Shown here: one piece after another, positions 38,837-48,679 of the stretch
How the letters are laid out: every line of letters starts with the position of its first letter
Numbering within the stretch: position 1 is the first letter of the stretch
Assembly: GCA_964415025.1 (NCBI GenBank)
Contig: CAYPXF010000003.1
Location: forward strand, 41,523-105,522
Direction of reading: 5' to 3'
From: an uncultured Gammaproteobacteria bacterium
GTDB lineage: Bacteria; Patescibacteriota; Patescibacteriia; UBA10025; JAHIVO01
DNA: 64,000 nucleotides
Translations under genes and position numbers: made by a program
The notes under the pieces: model-generated
Database searches by the model: none
Told to the model about the DNA's origin: nothing
What the model saw: only the letters and a program-made list of their open reading frames with translations

Positions 38837-39541
38837 ATGTACACTAAATACTATTTAAAAGTAAACGGAAATAAAGTTGCGTATTTCGAATACCCGACCG
38901 GCCAAAAACTGCAGGGTGTTACCCTGTTCTGCCACGGATTTCCCGGAGCATACCGCCTGCAGGCTATGGCCCAGCCGCTGAACAAACACGGGTATACGCT
39001 TGAGGAAATTAATTACCGCGGCGACGCAGAAAGTGAAGGCACGTTCAGTTTTCTGGGCAGTGTTGAGGATATTGTGGCCATGGTCAAGTATCTACGGGAA
39101 AAATTCCCGGATAGACCTATTACTGGCCTGGGCTATTCAGCCGGGGGATTTTATATGCTCAATGCCGTCAGGGAACTGCCTGATCTGTTCGATAAAATCA
39201 TCCTGCTCAATCCCCTGCTAGACTTTAGCTTTACTCAGACGCCGATTATGCGGGAACTGTGGCAGGAAGCCGCCAGTGTCATTGAGTTGAATACTGATTT
39301 ATTTTACGTCGCTGAAATAGCAAAAGTACTGGAACACCATAATCCTATTGATTTTGCCGCAGAATTAAAACCAAAAATCCACATCGTCCAGGGCGAGCAA
39401 GACCAGCTACTGCCGCTCGATATAGTAAAAAAATTCCACGCATTGCTCCGCCACCCCGGCCGGCTCATTTGGGTACCGGGTATGGGCCATGCCTTCCGCG
39501 GGAACGAACCAGAATTAATTAATGCATTGATTCATAATTAA
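38837..39541 (+). CDS. Alpha/beta-hydrolase fold protein
   Basis: Nucleophile elbow GYSAGG; HG oxyanion motif (FCHGFPG); C-terminal His (GMGHAF). Confidence 0.6.
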   Translation: MYTKYYLKVNGNKVAYFEYPTGQKLQGVTLFCHGFPGAYRLQAMAQPLNKHGYTLEEINYRGDAESEGTFSFLGSVEDIVAMVKYLREKFPDRPITGLGYSAGGFYMLNAVRELPDLFDKIILLNPLLDFSFTQTPIMRELWQEAASVIELNTDLFYVAEIAKVLEHHNPIDFAAELKPKIHIVQGEQDQLLPLDIVKKFHALLRHPGRLIWVPGMGHAFRGNEPELINALIHN

Positions 39542-39543
39542 TA

Positions 39544-40005
39544 TTGTATATGCCTGAAACAGAACCATTATTTAATCCTGCGCCAGAGCAGGAACAGCCT
39601 CTTCCGAAAACTTCTGAACAATCACGAGTGCCTGAAGCTAAACCTAATCCACCGAGTGCCGAGATCAGTGAAGAAGAACAAAATGAAATCGCTGAAGTAC
39701 GCGAACAAATCCAGGATGCCTTTGGCCAACTCTATGATATACTTCCTCGACAAGGACTAAACAACGCAACTATAGAAAAAACCATCAACACCAACGAACA
39801 ATTACGGCAGCTTGGTCCGGCCGTTATCGAATCAGTGGTCCAAACAATCCAGCACGAGTCGCTACAGACAAAACCAAAAGAAGAGTTTATCGATACGCTG
39901 CTTGCGCTCGAGCGCGTCCAGCTCTGGCTCTTCGCCCAGGGACTGAACCAGGCTGGCGATAAACGTTTATTTCGAGTACGGCAAGAAATCAATGACATGG
40001 AATAA
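39544..40005 (+). CDS. Hypothetical acidic protein (153 aa)
   Basis: ORF with operon-like spacing; no recognisable motifs. Confidence 0.35.
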   Translation: MYMPETEPLFNPAPEQEQPLPKTSEQSRVPEAKPNPPSAEISEEEQNEIAEVREQIQDAFGQLYDILPRQGLNNATIEKTINTNEQLRQLGPAVIESVVQTIQHESLQTKPKEEFIDTLLALERVQLWLFAQGLNQAGDKRLFRVRQEINDME

Positions 40006-40339
40006 TATATGATATTACTTTGGCCGTTTATACTGCGCTGACGGAATAAATATTGTATCAGCGGCTGAACCAAAAAAACTATTTATCCCGCTTAATAGCA
40101 GCTGAAATACTTGTATCCAGCGACTACGCAGAGATTGACACCCGGCTATACCATGGCACGCAAAAGGCCTTAGCAACCAAGATTTTGTATATGAGCATGA
40201 ATTTTGACCGGATCCCGGGTGGGCCAAAGCAGGATGAATACGATATATTCGTAAAAACACTCTTCTTGCTTTTTTTCTAGGGACTCCTTGGCTTTACCCC
40301 GTGCAAAAATACCTATATACTATTATTAGGAGGTATTTT

Positions 40340-40630
40340 ATGAAAAAAGTGCTTACTGTAGCTTTATCTGCAGCTATTGTCATGATACTGATAATAGCGG
40401 TGATGGCGACTACAGACACAAACAACCAAAACAATACGGTTACTGAAACAATAGTACCGTGCACAGAACGATCCACGCCAGATTACCGTCCAAATGAAGG
40501 CGTTGATTGCGAATCTGACAACCGCTGTAAACTGGTGGAACAGGTAACCTGTGCTCAATGTGATGCCACGGTGTGGCTGTGCTTTGATGCGGACGATGAT
40601 TTGTCAGAACTCTTTAATGTCGAGGAATAA
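40340..40630 (+). CDS. Small secreted/anchored Cys-rich protein (about 96 aa)
   Basis: Strong RBS AGGAGG 7 nt upstream of ATG 40340; N-terminal TM/signal segment; 6 Cys in the mature part. Confidence 0.4.
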   Translation: MKKVLTVALSAAIVMILIIAVMATTDTNNQNNTVTETIVPCTERSTPDYRPNEGVDCESDNRCKLVEQVTCAQCDATVWLCFDADDDLSELFNVEE

Positions 40631-41060
40631 TCATCAACCGACAAAACATACCGTTGACCCGACTGCCCATAAACCAAAGGGCTTTTTGCGCACTTACAGA
40701 CTTAAGAATGTTATCAACAAAATTTTACGTGTCATCTGGTATGTTGTCCTCGCCTGTATTCTATTCCAAGTAGTATTGTTTGGTATTCGTATTTTGCATA
40801 CACCGCCGTCAGAACGTCCGTGCTGGGACCGGTGGATGTGTTTTAACTACTGCGCTACGGGCAAACAAAAGGTGTGCCTGCTGCCGCCCGATGCCACCAC
40901 ACCGACGATACAGCAGTCATGGCATTTGATTATGACTGGTAAACGGACGGTTATCGAAGTACTCCATGACAATCAGCGTTACTGCGCCTGCCAGGTACTG
41001 ACTGGCGATGACGAAACACGTACTGAAACATTTTATAAATACTATACTGAACACCGATAG
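40617..41060 (+). CDS. Membrane-anchored Cys-rich protein (about 147 aa)
   Basis: Basic N-terminus, one TM segment, extracytoplasmic domain with 6 Cys (CWDRWMCFNYC...CLLPP...CAC); start at the internal ATG 40617. Confidence 0.4.
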   Translation: MSRNNHQPTKHTVDPTAHKPKGFLRTYRLKNVINKILRVIWYVVLACILFQVVLFGIRILHTPPSERPCWDRWMCFNYCATGKQKVCLLPPDATTPTIQQSWHLIMTGKRTVIEVLHDNQRYCACQVLTGDDETRTETFYKYYTEHR

Positions 41061-41061
41061 C

Positions 41062-41445
41062 ATGGATAGCCACTCTTTTGAATCGCATATTAGCGCCGCG
41101 ATACAAGAAATACCAGCAGCACTGCGTGATAAAATTACCAATGTAGCTTTTGTGATAGAGGATGATCCGCGAGCCGCGAAAAAAACGGAGCAGGAAATCA
41201 GAGCACAGGGAACATTGCTTGGGTTGTACCAGGGGGTGCCGCTTCCAGCGCGCAGCGGAAATTATTCAGGTGTCCTGCCCGATAAGATCACTATATTTAA
41301 AAACGCTATTGAACAGCATGCCCGTCAAACAAAACAACCCATAACCCAGCTTATCCGCAGTGTGGTGCATCACGAGATAGCGCATTATTTTGGCATGGAC
41401 GAGTCACGAGTCCGCAATTGGGAAACAAAACGTAAAACATCATAG
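41062..41445 (+). CDS. Zincin-like metallopeptidase (DUF1025-type, HExxH)
   Basis: C-terminal VVHHEIAHYFGMDE zinc motif, typical of small MtfA-like minimal zincins. Confidence 0.55.
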   Translation: MDSHSFESHISAAIQEIPAALRDKITNVAFVIEDDPRAAKKTEQEIRAQGTLLGLYQGVPLPARSGNYSGVLPDKITIFKNAIEQHARQTKQPITQLIRSVVHHEIAHYFGMDESRVRNWETKRKTS

Positions 41446-41594
41446 CTCTTCCACTGCGCGTTAATACCGACCTTCTGACGCTGGAATTAAGTTCGCGCAG
41501 TGATTTTATTTGACAGCGTGCCAGATCCTGATACAGTATAGTAATATATTCATGCTTGCTCATGTACTTGATAATGCACACGCGTGGAGGTATT

Positions 41595-41813
41595 ATGTCG
41601 CACATTAAATTTATCCTTGCTTTGGAGCAGGTCGAGGTGGACCATATACCCTATGACCAAATTACCCTTATCTGGGATGAACCGATTGATCACGATAGGG
41701 CCATGGCCTTAGCCCGGGATTGGCTTTGTGATGACTGCCATAGCGCGCTCAAACAACGTCTCGGCATAACTAATTTAGGGGAAGCTTCGCTTACATTGGA
41801 ACCTATTAGCTGA
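41595..41813 (+). CDS. Hypothetical small protein (about 72 aa)
   Basis: ORF followed by a strong terminator. Confidence 0.3.
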   Translation: MSHIKFILALEQVEVDHIPYDQITLIWDEPIDHDRAMALARDWLCDDCHSALKQRLGITNLGEASLTLEPIS

Positions 41814-41821
41814 ATTATACT

Positions 41822-41851
41822 GCAGGATTAACCATAATCCTGCTTTTTTAT
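41822..41851 (+). terminator. Intrinsic terminator
   Basis: 9 bp stem GCAGGATTA/TAATCCTGC, 4 nt loop, TTTTTT. Confidence 0.65.
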
Positions 41852-41885
41852 GGTCAAAAAACATAAAATAAGTTATGCTGTATGC

Positions 41886-42551
41886 ATGCCTAGGAAACGA
41901 AATACAAAACCCTACGCCATCGCCGCACTGATCGTGTTTATGATAGCCGTGCTATTTATTGTTGTTCGTTTTAATACTGCCCGAGATGAAGGTTCCTGGG
42001 TATGTGAAAACGGCCAATGGGTCAAACAGGGACAGCCAGCAAACTCCCAGCCACACGAGTTGTGCCCGCCTGTGAATACGGATCTTGCTACCAATATGGC
42101 GTCGGCGAGCATTACCTCATATGATGAATGCGTGGCGGCCGGTTATCCGGTGATGGAGTCATATCCACCCAAATGCACCACCCCGGATGGCGCTGTTTAT
42201 TCACAGGATATTGGAAATGAACTAGATGCAGCTGATCGGATACAGCTTGATACGCCGCGTCCAAATGATACTATCACCAGTCCCTTGACTATCAGCGGCC
42301 AGGCAGTCGGATACTGGTTTTTTGAGGCTGAATTCCCTATTTATCTCCTGGATGCCAGTGGTCAAGTTATTGCTAATACCCAAGCCCGTTCACAGGGCGA
42401 ATGGATGACTGAAAACTTTGTGCCGTTTGAAACTACACTTGAGTTTGATACGCCTGATACGAGCACTGGCACGCTCATGCTCCAAAATAGTAATCCATCC
42501 GGACTCGAACAAACTGCTGCCAGCCTTACGGTGCCAGTCAATTTTGAATAA
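41886..42551 (+). CDS. Membrane-anchored protein with a Gmad2-type Ig-like C-terminal domain
   Basis: TM anchor then ...ITSPLTISGQAVGYWFFEAEFPIYLLDASGQVIA...EWMTENFVPFETTLEF...GTLMLQNSNPSG, matching my recollection of the Gmad2 (PF10648) pattern. Confidence 0.5.
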   Translation: MPRKRNTKPYAIAALIVFMIAVLFIVVRFNTARDEGSWVCENGQWVKQGQPANSQPHELCPPVNTDLATNMASASITSYDECVAAGYPVMESYPPKCTTPDGAVYSQDIGNELDAADRIQLDTPRPNDTITSPLTISGQAVGYWFFEAEFPIYLLDASGQVIANTQARSQGEWMTENFVPFETTLEFDTPDTSTGTLMLQNSNPSGLEQTAASLTVPVNFE

Positions 42552-42602
42552 CGGCATACTAAGAACATGCCCACCTTACATGTTATGCTTTTTTTTAGTT
42601 TA

Positions 42603-43931
42603 TTATAATGACGGCAGATAATCCAGTGGGTTGACCGGAATGCCGTTTGAACGGACTTCGAAGTGAAGATGCGGGCCGGTAGTCAATCGTCCGGCACCGG
42701 GCGTGCCAGGGGTGCCGCCGATCAGACCTATCTGCTGGCCCCGCACAACATAATCATCCTCTGCCACGTCTATGCGACTCGTGTGTCCGTAAACAGTAGA
42801 AATTTCGTCATTATGCACAATCATGATATAGCTGTAACCAAGGCCGGCATTCTTTGCCCTGACAATATACCCGTTATCCGCGGCGCGGATTGGCGTCCCC
42901 TGTGGTTGCGGGATGTCGATTGCCGGGTGCTCGAACAGCCAGCGGTATGGATAGGTCGGATCATGAAAATACGCTGAAATGCCTTTGGTCGGTGATACCG
43001 GCCACATCAGCGCCGTTGATGTATCCAGCTCTATCCCCTCTTCCTGCAGCTGCTGGCGGGCTTTTGTTTCCAGTGAATATATTTCTGCTTCGACGGCCTG
43101 CTGTTCACGCTTAGCCTCCTGCAGCATAGCGGCGAATTTTTCCTCGGATTCCTTTGTCTGTTCGAGGAGGTTTTCCTTATACACCTTTTGGTCACCTAGT
43201 GAAGCTATACTGATCTGTAATTTATCAGTCAGCTCTGACAACTCGGCATGTTTGTTCTCTTGTTCAGTTTTTTCGTTTTCCAGGCCTTGTTTTACCTGCT
43301 GCAGTTCAGATAATGCTTTCTCGACATTGCCCTGTAGGTCTTCGGTATATTTCATCTGGTCAAAAAATTCTGAAAATGATTCATTGACCATAAATATTTC
43401 CAAATACGTCTTTTGATCGTATTTATAAATTAATTTCAGATACTCGGCCAAGATTTTTTTTGTCTGTTCTAGCTCTACCTCCTTATCAGCAATTTTTAGT
43501 TGGAGTCCGTCAATCTCGAGGCTCACTTTTTCAATTTCCTCACGTACTCTGGTAATGTCATTTTCGGTCTGGCTGACGCGTAAATCAATGATTGACATCT
43601 GGCTTTCCAGTGTCACTGCTTCCTGCTGTTTGGATTTGACGTTCTTTTCGTAGACATCGGCCTTTTTTTTGAGCTCCTCAATTTTCTCGCGTCGGGCGTC
43701 AATTTCAGTATTTAAATCATCAAGTTCTGCTTCCTCTCCTGTGTCAATTTCTGCCTGGTTTTGGCCTGATAATTGCTCTGTTTGTTCTCCTGCGGTATCC
43801 CCATCGTCTGTTGATTGGGCGGCCATGGGTAATGGCGCAATAACTAAAAATACAGCCAATCCAAGCAACAGGCTGCAAAGTGATGCCCACATTACGTGTT
43901 TTTTATTTTTGTTTGCTACCAAATTACCCAT
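42603..43931 (-). CDS. M23 family peptidoglycan metalloendopeptidase with a long coiled-coil (EnvC-like)
   Basis: Signal/TM segment, ~250 aa coiled-coil, C-terminal M23 motifs (HxxxD ...YGHTSRIDV...GPHLHFEV). Confidence 0.8.
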   Translation of the reverse strand: MGNLVANKNKKHVMWASLCSLLLGLAVFLVIAPLPMAAQSTDDGDTAGEQTEQLSGQNQAEIDTGEEAELDDLNTEIDARREKIEELKKKADVYEKNVKSKQQEAVTLESQMSIIDLRVSQTENDITRVREEIEKVSLEIDGLQLKIADKEVELEQTKKILAEYLKLIYKYDQKTYLEIFMVNESFSEFFDQMKYTEDLQGNVEKALSELQQVKQGLENEKTEQENKHAELSELTDKLQISIASLGDQKVYKENLLEQTKESEEKFAAMLQEAKREQQAVEAEIYSLETKARQQLQEEGIELDTSTALMWPVSPTKGISAYFHDPTYPYRWLFEHPAIDIPQPQGTPIRAADNGYIVRAKNAGLGYSYIMIVHNDEISTVYGHTSRIDVAEDDYVVRGQQIGLIGGTPGTPGAGRLTTGPHLHFEVRSNGIPVNPLDYLPSL

Positions 43932-43976
43932 AACAAATAGTACATTTGAGTAACGGTATTATACCACGCACTCCGT

Positions 43977-45401
43977 CTACTGTAAAGTCGTCACCGCGTG
44001 TTTTATACGACTTATTGTTTCTTCCTTACCTAAAACCGCCATAACTTCAAACACGCCGGGCGATGCTTTTTGTCCGGTCACGGCAATTCGCAGCGGCCAC
44101 AGCACGTCACGATTAGTTAGATTATGCTCATTGATAAAACTCATCATCCGCTCCTTAAGTTCGTCGACTTGAAATTGATCCTCTGATAATCGGCTAACAT
44201 ATTCAGCTGTCTGTTGTAATACTGTTTTAGTCGTCTTATGGTTACTCTTTTTCGGAATTAGCATGTCTGGCTCATAGGTCAGGGTTTTCTCGAATATAAA
44301 ATCTATTTGTTCAGGCAATTCAGTCAGCTTACGAATCCTATCCTTTACCAGCAGTACGGCCTTAGATACTAACGAATGGTCTTTGTGCTCACTTAGATAT
44401 TGTTTCGAAACTGTAATATAATCTGCATCAGCCATATTCCTAATGTATTTGGCATTGAGCCAGTCCAGCTTTTCGAGGTTAAAAATCGCACTCGCTTTAT
44501 TGACTTTAGCTAAATCAAATTCCTGAATTAATTCATCGAGTGCGAACATCTCTTGTTCGGTTTTTGGGTTCCAGCCCAGAAACGCGATAAAATTAAGTAC
44601 TGCCTCTGGCAGATAGCCTTGATCCCGGTAGTCCAGAGCTGGCATAGCGCCGTGGCGCTTTGACAGCTTTGCCCGGTCTGGACCTAGCACCATGGGCAGA
44701 TGAGCAAAAACAGGCGGCGTCCAGCCGAAGGCCTGGTATATTATGGTATGCTTCGGTGTTGAGGGCAGCCATTCTTCTGCCCTGATAACATGGGTAATGC
44801 CGAGCTCATGGTCGTCTATCACATTAGCTAAATGATAAGTTGGATAACCATCTGATTTCAGCAGCACCTGATCATCAATTGTATTATTCTGCACTTTTAC
44901 CACACCGTGCACCACATCGTCAAACTGGGTAATGCCGCTCACCGGTACCTGTAGCCTGACAACGTGCGGTGTGCCTTTTGATAAATGCTGCTGTATTTCA
45001 TCTCGAGTCAGCGAACGGCAGTGTCCGTCATATGCCGGAGCTTGCTTATTGATACTCTGAAGCTTGCGCAGCTCGGCTAAGCGCTCGGGGCTGCAAAAGC
45101 AATAATACGCATAGCCTGATTCGATGAGTTGCTTGGCATACTGTTTATATGTATCAAATTTTTCTGATTGATAGAGCGGTCCCTTATCAATCGTTAATCC
45201 GTACCACTTAAGCGCCTCGATAATGTTTTCGGTAGCGCCCTGAACAAACCGTTTTTGATCAGTATCTTCGATCCGCAGGGTGAAGGTACCGCCATGTTTA
45301 CGCGCCCATAACCAGTTAAACAGTGCCGTGCGCAAACCGCCGATATGCAAATATCCGGTCGGCGATGGCGCAAATCGTACCCGTACATCAGCCATAATCA
45401 C
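43977..45401 (-). CDS. gltX: Glutamate--tRNA ligase
   Basis: HIGG (RFAPSPTGYLHIGGLRTALFNW) and KLSKR-type (KLSKRHG) class I motifs. Confidence 0.85.
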   Translation of the reverse strand: MIMADVRVRFAPSPTGYLHIGGLRTALFNWLWARKHGGTFTLRIEDTDQKRFVQGATENIIEALKWYGLTIDKGPLYQSEKFDTYKQYAKQLIESGYAYYCFCSPERLAELRKLQSINKQAPAYDGHCRSLTRDEIQQHLSKGTPHVVRLQVPVSGITQFDDVVHGVVKVQNNTIDDQVLLKSDGYPTYHLANVIDDHELGITHVIRAEEWLPSTPKHTIIYQAFGWTPPVFAHLPMVLGPDRAKLSKRHGAMPALDYRDQGYLPEAVLNFIAFLGWNPKTEQEMFALDELIQEFDLAKVNKASAIFNLEKLDWLNAKYIRNMADADYITVSKQYLSEHKDHSLVSKAVLLVKDRIRKLTELPEQIDFIFEKTLTYEPDMLIPKKSNHKTTKTVLQQTAEYVSRLSEDQFQVDELKERMMSFINEHNLTNRDVLWPLRIAVTGQKASPGVFEVMAVLGKEETISRIKHAVTTLQ

Positions 45402-46573
45402 CAGGCTTTAATTGAAAAATATAATTCCAACAAAACGCCGCCTACCAGTAGTATGATCACGCTGAACGCTAGTATTGTCAGCTTGTGGACCGGTTTCTTA
45501 TTTTCGCGCTTCTTCAATTGGAGAAAAAGCATGGTGATAACAACACCGTTCAAGCCAACCATGACAGCGCCGGTAAGTCCTATAATATCTATAAAATCAC
45601 GTAATCCGACAATATACCCAAGCAACGGAACAAAACACGCTAGGGCCCAGGCTGCTGATTTTGGCATCCTATAATCATACCAAAATATTTTTTTGACAGT
45701 TAGGCCAAGTGTTATAAATGATGTAAACGTGGTAATAATGCCGAAAAAGAAACCGACAGTAAGCACCCACGCGCCTAAACTACCCTGCATACCGGAAATC
45801 GCGTCATCAGTAGTTTGCGTCCCAGACACCCCGACCACCAGCAAGGCAAATAGTAAATATATAAGGGCCGAAAGACTCACCCCGGTAATAATAATACGTT
45901 TAAGCTGATTAATATTACCCTGTACCATTTCCTTAATCTCCGGCACGATTGACGTTCCGCCCAGAGCAAATACCAGCACCCCGTAAGGTATGAAAAAATA
46001 CGGCCAGCTGATTGTCGATAGATTTGCTGCTGAAATCTGTTCTGCTCCGGCGATGAATAAAAACAGAACGGCTGCCAAAAAAACCACTAATAGGATTAAT
46101 TCGACCGGACCGACAGAACGCTGGTCGCGCCAAATCAGTAGGGCACCAAGCAGGAAGAATATAAAAGTGTATAAATAAACTGATCCGTCGAATATATTTG
46201 CTAAAAACTGCCCGCCGATGATGAGTAAAGCCAGCAATGATCCGTACATGCTCAATACCTTTACCATAAAGGCAAACACTTTACCCTTTTTGCCGAGGTA
46301 GATCTCTGCATAGCCGGGCAGCCGATGCAGTCCGTCAGTACTGGCTGCGACCATGCCGTAGAATAAGCTCATGGCAATCGCCAGACCGGCGGTCAACAAC
46401 AACAGCAGCGTATAAATAAAAAATCCAGCCTGGGCAGCGACATATGGCAAACCGAATATTCCGACTCCTATAATCGTCCCGACATACGTTGCCAGCGCAT
46501 ACCAGAAGCGCTGTCGCGATGACGCGCCTTGATCGATGTGGGCTACGGCCCTTTTTTTATGACGCAGATGCAT
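45398..46573 (-). CDS. Amino-acid permease-like transporter (APC/HAAAP-type, about 11 TM segments)
   Basis: GVGIFGLPYV motif in TM1; polytopic 391 aa. Confidence 0.45.
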   Translation of the reverse strand: MHLRHKKRAVAHIDQGASSRQRFWYALATYVGTIIGVGIFGLPYVAAQAGFFIYTLLLLLTAGLAIAMSLFYGMVAASTDGLHRLPGYAEIYLGKKGKVFAFMVKVLSMYGSLLALLIIGGQFLANIFDGSVYLYTFIFFLLGALLIWRDQRSVGPVELILLVVFLAAVLFLFIAGAEQISAANLSTISWPYFFIPYGVLVFALGGTSIVPEIKEMVQGNINQLKRIIITGVSLSALIYLLFALLVVGVSGTQTTDDAISGMQGSLGAWVLTVGFFFGIITTFTSFITLGLTVKKIFWYDYRMPKSAAWALACFVPLLGYIVGLRDFIDIIGLTGAVMVGLNGVVITMLFLQLKKRENKKPVHKLTILAFSVIILLVGGVLLELYFSIKAW

Positions 46574-47081
46574 TTTCTTGATTTTGCGTTAGTCTTTTAT
46601 AGGTTGTGTCAAATATATCGAGTGCCTCCCTGGTACGGAGGACGAAGACAATAGAAGCAAACTCGTCATAATGCCGCAGCGCGGCACGCAATAAAATATC
46701 AGCGCACCGCTCCATTGGCAGACGTCCGATACCCGTACCAACTGCTGGAAATACTATTGATTTTAAGCCGGCCTCACGCGCTCGTCGGAAACTGCTGTCA
46801 ATTGCGCTGGCAACACTGTGTTCGTCCGCGTCCTGTCCCAATTCCATCGAGGCAGCATGGATTACGCAGCGCGCATCAAGTTTGCCGGCCGTAGTGATGG
46901 CGGCTTCACCAAGAGGGATGGGTGCTATTTTGCTGGATTCTTCCTGGATACTGTTACCGCCGGCCTCAACTATGGCTGCTGCTACGCCTCCTCCGTGCAG
47001 CAGGTCCGTGCTGGCCGCATTGACAATAGCGTCCGCCTTTACTTTTGTAATGTCTCCTTGGGTGAGTGCGATTGTTCCCAT
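46557..47081 (-). CDS. Macro-domain protein (ADP-ribose binding / O-acetyl-ADP-ribose deacetylase-like)
   Basis: GDITKVKADAIVNAASTDLLHGGGVAAAI...AVGTGIG. Confidence 0.7.
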   Translation of the reverse strand: MGTIALTQGDITKVKADAIVNAASTDLLHGGGVAAAIVEAGGNSIQEESSKIAPIPLGEAAITTAGKLDARCVIHAASMELGQDADEHSVASAIDSSFRRAREAGLKSIVFPAVGTGIGRLPMERCADILLRAALRHYDEFASIVFVLRTREALDIFDTTYKRLTQNQENASAS

Positions 47082-47134
47082 ACATGTATTGTATCACAGC
47101 ACAGTATTAAAAAAAGTATTAAACCGTGCTGTTA

Positions 47135-47749
47135 TTATTCGGCTGATGTTCGATCCTTATTGCTCTGAATTTTTTTTCTGATCATCCGTTGGATAAATAC
47201 AATCAATACTGTCAGGACTATGATTATCGTCATGCCGACGATGTATTTTCCGATCAGCGGATGGTGCTTAACGAAATAATGCTCTGTTTCTATGACAATA
47301 CGAGCAGTTAACCATCCGGAAAAAATCACCAGAGCATAAAATATTGCTTTTCTTGACGGGCCGAGCTTCCTGCCCCGGATAAATAAAAAGATCAGCGCAC
47401 TGAACAATATAAGTGGCACTGCCAGATCAGCATGCAATATGAGCCGTGTCTGCTCATAGCCTTGTAAATTGCAGACTGACTCTGCTGGCTCCGTCCTGCT
47501 GAAATTATAGGGGTATTCCAGGGAAATCGAAGTCTCGGTACCGCACTGATCGTGCAGCGGATTGAACAGCTCATTTATATCGCGGAAAGCAAACTCACCC
47601 AGCGTTATCATCACGGCAATAATCAAGATAGTTAAAAATATTGTCCACGGTGATATTTTTTCTTTGAGTGGTTGTTTTTGTTGCGGCTGTTTTTGGCTCT
47701 GTTGTTCTATAATCGGCTGCTCAAATATCGGTACGGGCATAATACTCAA
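47135..47749 (-). CDS. Hypothetical membrane protein (204 aa, 4 TM segments)
   Basis: Gln/Pro-rich N-terminus followed by hydrophobic helices. Confidence 0.35.
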   Translation of the reverse strand: MSIMPVPIFEQPIIEQQSQKQPQQKQPLKEKISPWTIFLTILIIAVMITLGEFAFRDINELFNPLHDQCGTETSISLEYPYNFSRTEPAESVCNLQGYEQTRLILHADLAVPLILFSALIFLFIRGRKLGPSRKAIFYALVIFSGWLTARIVIETEHYFVKHHPLIGKYIVGMTIIIVLTVLIVFIQRMIRKKIQSNKDRTSAE

Positions 47750-47797
47750 TGACTTAGTAGGAATAATATAATACTCTACAATACTGCAGGGGCATTG

Positions 47798-48679
47798 TCA
47801 AGCGCTGGCGCATTGGCGCAGCGCGCTGCTAATATGTTTGATGACGTCGCTGGCGATGACTGAACGCTCTCCGTGTTCCCGAGTCGCACGTTCACCGGCG
47901 AGGCCATGGATAAATACACCCGCCTTAAGCGCGGCAAAAATATGGTCAGGGTATTGCGCGACAAATCCGCCTAGGATACCGCCTAACACGTCGCCGGTGC
48001 CGGCCGTAGCCAAGCCAGGTCCACCGGTCGTGTTACGGTACGTACTTCCTTTAGGCGAGGCAACTACCGTACCAGCACCTTTCAGAATACAGTATATTTG
48101 CCAAGCTCTGGCATATGTTTTAGCTATCCGCTGCCGCTCCTCATCAGTCTCCCCTATTTTACTACCAACTAATTTTGACATTTCTCCGGGATGCGGAGTA
48201 ATAACAGTCACTGAATTTTTTCTGCTTGTAAATATTTTTTTTGGTTCAGCCGCTGACACAATATTTATTCCGTCAGCATCGAGTATCAGCGGTCCAGGGT
48301 ACTGTTTAATAAACTCCAGGACAAACATGCAAGTGCTTGATTGCCGTGTTAATCCCGGGCCGCATACGGTGATAGTACTAGCGCGTGCCTGGCGGCACAC
48401 AGCCTGGAGATTACTGCGGTCAATACTACCGCCGCGCGTCGTAAACAGCGGCTGATGAATAATTTCTGGTAACCGGCGGCGAAACGGGTTTTCTAAAACA
48501 TCCGGATAGGCCAGGGTGACAAGTCCTGCGCCAGCGCGTAACGCTGCTTCAGCAGTCAGCAGCGCCGCACCAGAGTATGAACGCGATCCGGCGACGATAT
48601 AGACATGACCGTACGTGTGTTTATGCGACCGCTGTTTGCGTTTACTAAAAACAGCTTTTGTGCCAGGAGGTATTTTCAT
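47798..48679 (-). CDS. nnrD: ADP-dependent NAD(P)H-hydrate dehydratase (YjeF C-terminal domain)
   Basis: HPGE and GTGDVLGGILGG motifs of the carbohydrate-kinase-like YjeF_C domain. Confidence 0.7.
   Translation of the reverse strand: MKIPPGTKAVFSKRKQRSHKHTYGHVYIVAGSRSYSGAALLTAEAALRAGAGLVTLAYPDVLENPFRRRLPEIIHQPLFTTRGGSIDRSNLQAVCRQARASTITVCGPGLTRQSSTCMFVLEFIKQYPGPLILDADGINIVSAAEPKKIFTSRKNSVTVITPHPGEMSKLVGSKIGETDEERQRIAKTYARAWQIYCILKGAGTVVASPKGSTYRNTTGGPGLATAGTGDVLGGILGGFVAQYPDHIFAALKAGVFIHGLAGERATREHGERSVIASDVIKHISSALRQCASA

Noticed and set aside
33260-42600. Interpretation of the whole 33.2-42.6 kb stretch as one phage- or ICE-like integrative element bounded by att repeats
   Set aside because: The recombinase resembles the host Xer, no matching direct repeats were found at the two ends, and no phage structural, replication or conjugation genes are present. 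Only the smaller recombinase-NYN-fragment arrangement is supported.
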